64,000 bases of DNA from an uncultured delta proteobacterium (lineage in GTDB: Bacteria; Desulfobacterota; Binatia; JACPRU01): the NCBI GenBank assembly GCA_963745025.1, contig CAVUWD010000006.1, positions 256,001 through 320,000 of the forward strand, written 5' to 3'. Positions 41,477-49,052 of the stretch are shown here, in pieces. The position numbers and the translations under genes are program-made. The first letter of the stretch is position 1. Each line of letters opens with the position of its first letter. A model generated the notes under the pieces. It worked only from the letters and a program-made list of their open reading frames with translations. It did no database searches and was not told where the DNA came from.

Positions 41477-42690
41477 CTTCCCGCAGCGAATTTCTCGACC
41501 TCCTTCCTCCACTTCGGCCCGAAGGCAGCGATCATCAGCTGCTCGGTGATCCGGTCGCCTTGACCAATCGGCAACAGCTCACCGCCGCCGAGCCTGGCGA
41601 GATTCGCGCAGTAGGTCTGGAGATCCTTGAGGAACACCGGCATGGGCGAGATCTGGTCTGGCGGGTGGCCGTACATCTTGGTGTAGACCTCGACCTCGTA
41701 GTTGCGGTGCATGATCTCGGCGAGGTCGAGGACGTGGACGATTCCGCCGTTTTGGTGAAACGAGCGAACGAATTCCTCGGTCTGCTGGACCTCCTGCGGA
41801 TGGGCGGGGGAGCTCGGCACGAGCACGATCACCCGGTGCGCGTACTTCCGCCAGTTGATCTGCTGCGTGGCCGTCTTCAAACCGTCCATCACCGCCTCTT
41901 CGTAGTCGCCGCCGCCTCTGGCCTGGATGTTGCCGATGAACGAGCGGAGCTTGTCGAGGTGAAACGTGAGGTCCGATTTGCGAACCACGAACTCCTCGCC
42001 CTTGTCCTTGTAGAGCACGAGGCCGACTCGCGCGTTCGGCACGAGCTTGCGGATCGTATCGACGAGGGTCGCGAGCTGCTGCTTCACCGGGTCGATCACG
42101 AAGTCCATGCTGTCGGTGGCGTCGATCACGAAGACGACGTCGAAGCCGGTCTTCTCGAGCAGGCCGACGAAGTCACCGAACCCGCGCCCGAAGCCTCGCC
42201 CGATCCCCCCACCGAGGCCGCCGCCGGCGCCGATCCCCGGGCCGAGCGCCATGCCACCGCCGGTCGAGCCCATGTTGCGCAGCGCCGAGGCCTGCGGCAG
42301 CGGGTTGATCCTCGGCGCGACCGCGGCGAGCTTCACGCCCACGTCGGAGAGGTCGGGCGTAACTTCGCTGGCGACCTCCGGCAGCGGCTGCACTTGCTCG
42401 ACCGCCTTGGCGATCTCCTCCTCCAGCGACTTCGATTCCTCCGTCCGATTGGTCTGCCGGTCGAGCTCTCCGTGCCCCGAGAGCGTCGAGAACATCTCGC
42501 CCTTCCCTCCCATGCTGTCGCCCGCACCGCCGCCGCCGTCGAGCACGATGGTGGCGACGAAGAAGAGCAGAATCAGCGCGTGCACCGCGATCGAAACGAT
42601 GTACGAGATGCTGGCCTTGAAGTAATCGCGGCGGAGCCAAGGATAGAGCGACGTCAGCGGAGGACGCTTTTTGCGGGTCTCGGCCACCAA
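41473..42690 (-). CDS. Membrane-anchored protein with TonB-like TM helix, Gly-rich linker and C-terminal vWA domain
   Basis: SIAVHALILL TM segment; DVVFVIDATDSM MIDAS; GGGDYEEAV. Confidence 0.8.
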   Translation of the reverse strand: MVAETRKKRPPLTSLYPWLRRDYFKASISYIVSIAVHALILLFFVATIVLDGGGGAGDSMGGKGEMFSTLSGHGELDRQTNRTEESKSLEEEIAKAVEQVQPLPEVASEVTPDLSDVGVKLAAVAPRINPLPQASALRNMGSTGGGMALGPGIGAGGGLGGGIGRGFGRGFGDFVGLLEKTGFDVVFVIDATDSMDFVIDPVKQQLATLVDTIRKLVPNARVGLVLYKDKGEEFVVRKSDLTFHLDKLRSFIGNIQARGGGDYEEAVMDGLKTATQQINWRKYAHRVIVLVPSSPAHPQEVQQTEEFVRSFHQNGGIVHVLDLAEIMHRNYEVEVYTKMYGHPPDQISPMPVFLKDLQTYCANLARLGGGELLPIGQGDRITEQLMIAAFGPKWRKEVEKFAAGR

Positions 42691-42801
42691 TCGCGGATAT
42701 TATCAGAGAGGCGTGAGAGGACAAGCCGACGGAAGGCGGCTGCCGGCTACGGACTGACGGCTAACCTCGATCCGAAATTTCTTCTGTAACCTGTGTAACC
42801 T

Positions 42802-42934
42802 GAACGCGGTGGGCTCGCGCCTGGCTTGTCCGCCACGAGCTTCTTTCTCGAAGCGTTCCATGCCCCAAAAGACGGCATCGTGGTAGACTTGGCGCTCGTG
42901 ACGCGGCCTGCGCCAGGCGCGAGCCCCGCGTTTC
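42802..42934. other. Long imperfect intergenic hairpin (candidate ncRNA or repeat)
   Basis: GAACGCGGTGGGCTCGCGCCTGGC pairs with GCCAGGCGCGAGCCCCGCGTTTC; inner stems CACGAGC/GCTCGTG and ATGCC/GGCAT. Confidence 0.45.
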
Positions 42935-43028
42935 GCCCCGCCGGTTGATTTTGCTTCGGGGCTAACGACTTCCGGCTACCGCGCGAAGCTCCACGAAGTC
43001 TTGACCGGTAGCCGGTGGCCGGAAGATC

Positions 43029-43775
43029 TCACTTTCCACCGGAAAGCTCCGACAAGAAGGCGCGGATGCGCTCCGCGTTCACGCCGAGATCGCCCTTACC
43101 GTCGCGCGATTTCGAGCGCATGTCGACGATCGATCCCGCGCCATCGGCGCGGACACGCACGACGAAGTCGTCCTGAAAGCGGAAGAGATCGCTCGTCGCT
43201 ACCCCTTCGAAAAGACGACTGGTGCCGTTCACGTACAGCACCTGCCAATTGGGTTGCTGCTGAGCGAGGCGTACCGCCCGCGCGAACACCGCGTCAGGGG
43301 ATTCGTCGAGGTGCAGGGGCTTCAGATCCGGGTACGCCGCGCGAACGATCTCCTTGAAGGACTCCGGGTAGACCATGTCACGCCCATTGTTCCCGGGCTG
43401 GCTCTGAGCGTTGACGAGGTTCGGCGGCTCGGTGAGATCCGTCGTGATGTCGTTGATCGCGGGTTTGCCGAGACCGCGCGCCGATGCATAGATCAGCAGG
43501 AGCGCAGGGATCCCGCTGAGCACGAGGATCGCGGCCGCGCGGCCGCGCGCTCCGCGCCGGAACGTCACGACCCCGGCGATCGCGTTGCAGAGACCGGTGA
43601 CGCCGCCGAGAACGAAGATCACGAAGCCGGCGAACGGCGGCACGATCCCGAAATGCGCCGCCGCCGGACCGATCACGAACGCGGCGGCGGCGGTCATCGC
43701 GACCCGCAGTGGCCACCGTCCCACAGAGCGGTCCACCGTCGTCAGCCTTCCGTCTTCAACGTCTGGATCGCGCAA
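43029..43775 (-). CDS. DUF1499-family membrane protein
   Basis: N-terminal TM segments, INDITTD, FRFQDDFVVRV and DMRSKSRDGKGDLGVNA. The start is uncertain. Confidence 0.8.
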   Translation of the reverse strand: MRDPDVEDGRLTTVDRSVGRWPLRVAMTAAAAFVIGPAAAHFGIVPPFAGFVIFVLGGVTGLCNAIAGVVTFRRGARGRAAAILVLSGIPALLLIYASARGLGKPAINDITTDLTEPPNLVNAQSQPGNNGRDMVYPESFKEIVRAAYPDLKPLHLDESPDAVFARAVRLAQQQPNWQVLYVNGTSRLFEGVATSDLFRFQDDFVVRVRADGAGSIVDMRSKSRDGKGDLGVNAERIRAFLSELSGGK

Positions 43776-43888
43776 ACGCTACCCCCACCCAGGATGTGAC
43801 AGAGACCGATGCAGGCCCCGTCGACCTGGCTCGGTGAAGCATCCGTCGCGGATCGGCCCGCGCGTCCGCGTTTGCGTGCCCTGCGTGC

Positions 43889-44533
43889 TCACTGCCTCCC
43901 GCTCATCATCGCTGCCAGGGCTTGGCCTTGCTCCTCGAGCGCACGCTTGACCGACGGTCGCTGCTGGACGCGCTCGAACCAGGCCTTGAGCTTCGGCCGC
44001 TTGAGAAAAGGATCGCCCGCGCCGAATGCGGGAGCGATCTTGCCGACGTACCAAATGGACGGCGCCAGCGCACAATCGGCGAGCGTGAAGGACTGTCCCG
44101 CGGCCCATGGGGAGCCGATGCGGCTCTCGAGGTAGTCGAGCTGCTTGTCGAGCTCGGCGAGGCTCTGCTTCACGACTTCGGCGTTGCGCGTCTTCGGGTC
44201 CATCTGGAAGAACAGCGCGCGCATCGGCGGGTCGAGATAGAGATCGTGATGACGCGTGAACCCGCGCACACGGGCGCGTGCCTCCGGCTCCTTCGGGAGC
44301 AGCGGCGGGCTCGGGAACTTGTCCTCCAGGTATTCGTTGATGACCTCGGACTCCGAGATCACCATACCGTCGACCTGCAGTGCGGGGATCTTACCGAGCG
44401 GATTGATCGCCAGGTACTCGGGCGATTTGATGTCTCCGGGTGGCGGAACGACCTCGAGCTTCAAGCCCTTCTCGTAGGCGACGATCACCGACTTGTTGCC
44501 GAAGTTGCTGAGCGGTACCGTATAGAGCTTCAT
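43889..44533 (-). CDS. Glutathione S-transferase
   Basis: NPLGKIPAL, SESEVINEYL and FTLADC. Confidence 0.9.
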   Translation of the reverse strand: MKLYTVPLSNFGNKSVIVAYEKGLKLEVVPPPGDIKSPEYLAINPLGKIPALQVDGMVISESEVINEYLEDKFPSPPLLPKEPEARARVRGFTRHHDLYLDPPMRALFFQMDPKTRNAEVVKQSLAELDKQLDYLESRIGSPWAAGQSFTLADCALAPSIWYVGKIAPAFGAGDPFLKRPKLKAWFERVQQRPSVKRALEEQGQALAAMMSGRQ

Positions 44534-44622
44534 GCTGTCCTCCTCTCACCGCATTTGACTTTCCTCTGGACCGAACGTTTATATTGGCTTCGTCTCGGAC
44601 AACCAAGGGGGTTCACCGAAAA

Positions 44623-45354
44623 ATGAGAACACATTGGCTTCCCGTCGTGCTGTCAGTCACGAGCCTGGGCGTGCTGACACCCGCCCACGCCTCCGACCTC
44701 TCGGAGATCAAGGATACGCAGAAAACGATCCTCGAGCGGCTCGACGCGCAGGACAAGGTGCTGAAAGACATCCAGACCAAGCTCCAGCAGATGCCGACCG
44801 GCGGGCGACCACAGATCGATCCCAACAAGATTTATCAGATCGCACTCGGCAGCTCGGCGATCCGTGGACCAAAGAACGCTCCCGTCACGCTGGTCGAATT
44901 CAGCGACTTCCAATGACCCTTCTGCGCTCAGTCCACCGGTCTGGTGGACCAGGTCCTCGCGGCCTACCCGAAGGAGCTTCGCTTCGTCTACAAGCAGTTC
45001 CCGCTCGAGCAGATTCATCAGAACGCCATGAACGCGGCCAAGGCCTCGGTGGCTGCCGGCAACCAGGGCAAGTTCTGGGAGATGCACGACGAACTCTTCA
45101 AGATCTCGCGGGATCTATCGATGGGCGAGATCCGCAAGAAGGCCGAGGCGATCGGCCTCGACATAAAGAAGTTCGATGCCGACATGGCCTCCCCCGAAAC
45201 CGAGAAGGCCGTGCGCGCCGACCTGGAGGTCGGCCGCACCGTCGATGTGACAGGCACGCCGACGATGTTCATCAACGGCAAGCGGGTGATGAACCGCTCG
45301 CTCGAGGGAATGAAGGCGATGGTCGACGAGGAGTTGAAAAAGAACAAGGGTTAG
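44623..45354 (+). CDS. DsbA-like thioredoxin-fold selenoprotein (UxxC; Sec at TGA 44914-44916)
   Basis: ORFs 44584-44916 and 44944-45354 are in the same frame and join as EFSDFQ-U-PFC; signal peptide; GTPT cis-Pro motif; SECIS-like hairpin follows the UGA. Confidence 0.85.
44931..44949 (+). promoter_or_regulatory. Bacterial SECIS element
   Basis: GTCCACC-GGTCT-GGTGGAC perfect 7-bp stem with GGUCU loop, starting 14 nt after the UGA. Confidence 0.75.
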
Positions 45355-45384
45355 GCGCAGGTCCGCTTCGTCCGCAGCCACCCG

Positions 45385-45417
45385 AGAGCCCGTGCGATAG
45401 CTCGCGCGGGCTCTTTT
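45385..45417 (+). terminator. Rho-independent terminator
   Basis: AGAGCCCGTGCGA-TAGC-TCGCGCGGGCTCT followed by a short T run, after the DsbA gene. Confidence 0.6.
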
Positions 45418-45519
45418 CATTCGCAGCACGCCTCGGCGCGCGCCAGAGGCAAAGGGAGATTCAAACGCCAGGAAGAACCGCTGGCTTCCCGCCGGCGCGC
45501 CGATTTCGAGGCCAGCCGC

Positions 45520-45604
45520 ATCAACGGCAAGCGGGAGAATGAACCGCTCGCTCGAAGGAATGAAGGCGATGGTGGACGAGGAGCTGAAGAAGGGCAAACG
45601 ATAG
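45520..45604 (+). pseudogene. Diverged duplicate of the 3' end of the DsbA-like gene
   Basis: Aligns to 45271-45354 (INGKR..NRSLEGMKAMVDEELKK..stop) with several synonymous changes, a diverged last few codons and a 1-nt insertion. Confidence 0.75.
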
Positions 45605-45678
45605 GCTACGGACTACAGGCTACGGGAATGGCATCGCGATGCCTTTTCCCGTAGCCCGAAGCCTGAAACCCGCAGGCT
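45604..45678. repeat. Heptamer-palindrome repeat copy
   Basis: GGCTACGGACTACAGGCTACGGGAA...TTCCCGTAGCCCGAAGCCTGAAACC. Confidence 0.65.
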
Positions 45679-45680
45679 CT

Positions 45681-47009
45681 TCAAATTTGATCCGTGACCG
45701 CGTCCTCACGCGACGAAGGCTCGGCACGTTTGTCGATCGGCAGCCACTGCCTCTCGTTCTCACCGATGTAGATCTGCCGTGGCCGAGCGATCTTCTGCTC
45801 GGGATCGCGCACCATCTCCGCCCACTGCGCGAGCCATCCCGAGGTGCGCGGAATCGCGAACAGTACCGGGAACATCGTCATCGGGAAGCCCATCGCTTGA
45901 TAGATGATGCCCGAATAGAAATCGACGTTCGGATAGAGCTTCCGCTTCACGAAGTAGTCGTCCTCGAGCGCGATCCGCTCGAGCTCGACGGCGATGTCGA
46001 TCAACGGATTCTTCCCCGTCGCCTCGAATACCTGGTCGGCGATCTGCTTGATGATCTTCGCGCGCGGGTCGTAGTTCTTGTAGACGCGGTGACCGAAGCC
46101 CATCAGCCGCCCCTCGCCCGCCTTGAACTTCTTGATGGCGTTCGGGACGTTGGCGACCGACCCGATTTCCATCAGCATGCGAATCACCGCCTCGTTGGCG
46201 CCGCCGTGAAGCGGGCCGTAGAGCGCGGCCGTGGCCGCCGCGACCGCGGAATACGCGTCGACCTGTGAGCTGCCGACGCTGCGCACGGCGTTGGTCGAGC
46301 AGTTCTGCTCGTGGTCGGCGTGGAGGATGAAGAGCACGTCGAGCGCCCGCTCCAGCACGGGGTTCGGCTTGTACTTGATCTCGGTCATCTTGAAGAGCAT
46401 CGCCAGGAAGTTGGCGGTGTAGGAGAGCTCGTTGTCGGGATAGACATACGGCAGACCGAGGCTCTGTCGATAGGCGTACGCGGCGATCGTCGGCACCTTG
46501 CCGATCAGCCGGCGGGTCTGCACGCGCCGTGACTCGAGGTCGAAGATGTTCTTCGCATCGGGGTAGAAGGTCGAGAGTGCTCCGATCGTGCTGACGAGCA
46601 TCCCCATCGGGTGCGCGTCGTAGCGGAATCCATCCATGAACTTCTTGATGTTCTCGTGGACCATCGTGTGGATCGTAATGTTGTGATCCCACATCTCGAG
46701 ATGCTCGCGATTGGGAAGCTCCCCCTTGACGATGAGGTAAGCGGTCTCGAGGTAGGTGCTCTTCTCGGCGAGCTGCTCGATCGGATACCCGCGGTAGCGC
46801 AGAATCCCCTTGTCGCCGTCGATGAACGTGATGCGGCTCTTGCAGGATGCGGTGTTGGTGAAGGCTGGGTCGTACGTCATGAGACCGAAGTCGTCGGGAT
46901 CGGTCTGGATCTGGCGAAGGTCCATCGCCCGAATGGTTCCCTGCTCGATCGGGATCTCGTATTGCTTGCCCGTCCGATTATCGATGATCGTCAGCGTGTC
47001 CTTCGGCAT
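45681..47009 (-). CDS. gltA: Citrate synthase
   Basis: LHADHEQNCST, GPLHGGAN, MGFGHRVYK and YPNVDFYSG. Confidence 0.95.
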   Translation of the reverse strand: MPKDTLTIIDNRTGKQYEIPIEQGTIRAMDLRQIQTDPDDFGLMTYDPAFTNTASCKSRITFIDGDKGILRYRGYPIEQLAEKSTYLETAYLIVKGELPNREHLEMWDHNITIHTMVHENIKKFMDGFRYDAHPMGMLVSTIGALSTFYPDAKNIFDLESRRVQTRRLIGKVPTIAAYAYRQSLGLPYVYPDNELSYTANFLAMLFKMTEIKYKPNPVLERALDVLFILHADHEQNCSTNAVRSVGSSQVDAYSAVAAATAALYGPLHGGANEAVIRMLMEIGSVANVPNAIKKFKAGEGRLMGFGHRVYKNYDPRAKIIKQIADQVFEATGKNPLIDIAVELERIALEDDYFVKRKLYPNVDFYSGIIYQAMGFPMTMFPVLFAIPRTSGWLAQWAEMVRDPEQKIARPRQIYIGENERQWLPIDKRAEPSSREDAVTDQI

Positions 47010-47298
47010 ATCCACCTCGCATGGCGCGGCGAGCGCGGCTCGCCTGTTTCTACCCTTCTAGCAGGCGTCGCTTCGAGCACAAGCGCAGGTAAGTGACGGC
47101 CACCGCGATCCTATCCGCATCTCCGGTGGCCGTCATCTGGAGGGAGGGAGCTCGAACCTTCTCTATATGGGGAAGGCACCGCGAGGTCCGAACAAATGGC
47201 CTTTACGCCACTCCTCACGTCGAGACAATCGTTCTTAAGTCTCGGGGCAGCCGATCTTTTGGAAAGCCGAGCACAGCAACGGCCCAGTACGCTGCCCG

Positions 47299-48132
47299 CT
47301 AGCGGCCTTTCACCAGCCGGCGATAGGCCCGCAAGTGCCGCACCGCCACGACGCCTCGCCCCTGCCGTTCGTAGAGGCGGGCAAGGTTGTAGTGAGCATC
47401 GGCATAGCTGCCGTCGATGGCGAGCACGCGCTGGTAGGCGGCGATCGCGTCCTCGATGCGCTCTCGATCCTCCAGCACCACGGCGAGGTTGAACGAGGCC
47501 GTCACGTCGTTCGGCTCGGCGACGAGCGCCTGACGATAGTGGGCTTCCGCGGCTCCGATCTCTCCGGCCTCGTGCAGCAGCCTCCCCAAGTTGGTGTGGG
47601 CCGCGCCGTGAGTCGGATCGAGCTCGATCGCCCGCCGGTACGCATCCCGCGCGTCTTCGGGACGGCTCGTCTCGAGCTCGCAACCAAGCTCGTACCAATC
47701 CTCCGCGCGCAAGCGGGCGGTGGCGACTCGAGCCTCGGCGACGCGGCGCTCGGCGAGCGGCGCGACTTTGTCGGCGAGCTCTGCCACATCGAACGAAAAG
47801 AGCTGCTGGCCGGATTCCGGATTCCAGCGCCGCCGGCCGTCGCGCACGACGACCCGACCGCCCTCCGCGGAAATCGACAAGGCGCTCAGCGGTCGGCCGA
47901 TCGGCAGCTCGGCTCGAAGCTTCCGCAACGCGGCGCGCACCCGCTGCGGCGCGATCGCCTGGCCGACGAGCTCCTTCGCGGCGCGGAGCAGCACGAGGTC
48001 CGGAAAGGAGAAGCGGAGCTCCCCTCGCCGCCCCCGCTCCGGGGCCAGAAACCCGCTACGAACGAATCCCCGAACACGGCCGACGGAAAGGCCGAGAAGC
48101 TTCGCCACCTCGCGAGAGGTGTACCCGCTCAT
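47299..48132 (-). CDS. MerR-like HTH plus TPR protein
   Basis: YTSREVAKLLGL...RFSFPDL MerR wing-helix and C-terminal TPRs (AHTNLGRLL, AHYNLARLY). The start overlaps the Ku stop (ATGA). Confidence 0.8.
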   Translation of the reverse strand: MSGYTSREVAKLLGLSVGRVRGFVRSGFLAPERGRRGELRFSFPDLVLLRAAKELVGQAIAPQRVRAALRKLRAELPIGRPLSALSISAEGGRVVVRDGRRRWNPESGQQLFSFDVAELADKVAPLAERRVAEARVATARLRAEDWYELGCELETSRPEDARDAYRRAIELDPTHGAAHTNLGRLLHEAGEIGAAEAHYRQALVAEPNDVTASFNLAVVLEDRERIEDAIAAYQRVLAIDGSYADAHYNLARLYERQGRGVVAVRHLRAYRRLVKGR

Positions 48133-49025
48133 GCTCCCGAGGTCTTGGAGCTCTTTTCCCGCGCCGCCTTGCGGAGCGACGCGGCTCGCGGAGCACGCCG
48201 CGCCGGCTTCCGCTCTTCGGATGGAGCCTCGACCGGCGAAGGCGCTGCGCGCTTGGCGCCGAGGCTCGCCTTCAACGCCTCCATGAGGTCGATGATCTGC
48301 GCTCCTCGGCGGGCCTCGGGCGGCGGAGCGGAGATCTCCTCGCCTTCGATCTTCTTCTGGATGAGTTCGCGGACGCGCTTGCGGACGTCGTCCTCGTACG
48401 CCTCGGGCCGAAACGCGTCGGTCGAGATCTGTTCGACGAGCTGCACCGCCAGCTTCAGCTCGGCATCCCGGACTTCGGCTTCGCCGATCGGCACCTCGCT
48501 GCGCGAACGGATCTCGTCGGCGTAGTGCAGCTGCTGCATGACCAGCGCGCCGTCGAGCGGGCGAATCATCACCAGGTACTGCTTGCCGCGCGCCGCGTAG
48601 CGGCCGAGCGCCGCTCGGCCCGTCTGCTGCATCGCCCTGCCGAGCAGCCGGTACGCCTTGTCGCCGCCCTTGTCGGGACCGAGGTAGTACGGCCTTTCGA
48701 AGTAGATCGGATCCACCTTCTCGAGCGGCACGAATTCGGTGATCTCGATCGTCTGCGTCGATTCCTCCTCGAGCGCTTTCAGCTCCTCGGGAGTGAAGGT
48801 CACGTAGCGGTCCTTGGCGAACTCGTATCCCTTGACCATGTCGTCACGGGAGACGGCCTCGTTCTCCCGCGCACAGTAGTACTGCTGCTTCAAGCGCGAG
48901 CCGCACTTCTTGTGCAGCCAGTTGAAGGTGATTCCCGACGCCGATTCGGTCGCCGAATAGAGCTTGATCGGGATCGAGACCATCCCGAAGGAGACCGTCG
49001 CGGACCCGATGGAGCGCGCAGCCAT
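48129..49025 (-). CDS. ku: Ku protein (NHEJ)
   Basis: SFGMVSIPIKLYSA, VKGYE, IYFERPYYLGP, IIDLMEALKASL and a basic tail. Confidence 0.95.
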   Translation of the reverse strand: MAARSIGSATVSFGMVSIPIKLYSATESASGITFNWLHKKCGSRLKQQYYCARENEAVSRDDMVKGYEFAKDRYVTFTPEELKALEEESTQTIEITEFVPLEKVDPIYFERPYYLGPDKGGDKAYRLLGRAMQQTGRAALGRYAARGKQYLVMIRPLDGALVMQQLHYADEIRSRSEVPIGEAEVRDAELKLAVQLVEQISTDAFRPEAYEDDVRKRVRELIQKKIEGEEISAPPPEARRGAQIIDLMEALKASLGAKRAAPSPVEAPSEERKPARRAPRAASLRKAAREKSSKTSGA

Positions 49026-49052
49026 GAATGTTTCTGTTAGCATAGCCCGCCG

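Noticed and set aside
45271-45604. Diversity-generating retroelement VR/TR pair
   Set aside because: The differences are not adenine-specific, many are synonymous, and there is no reverse transcriptase in the window.
47093-47220. tRNA-like GGTTCGAG motif on the minus strand upstream of gltA
   Set aside because: The T-stem does not pair and no cloverleaf can be built. Only a simple hairpin (TGACGGCCACCG/CGGTGGCCGTCA) is supported.
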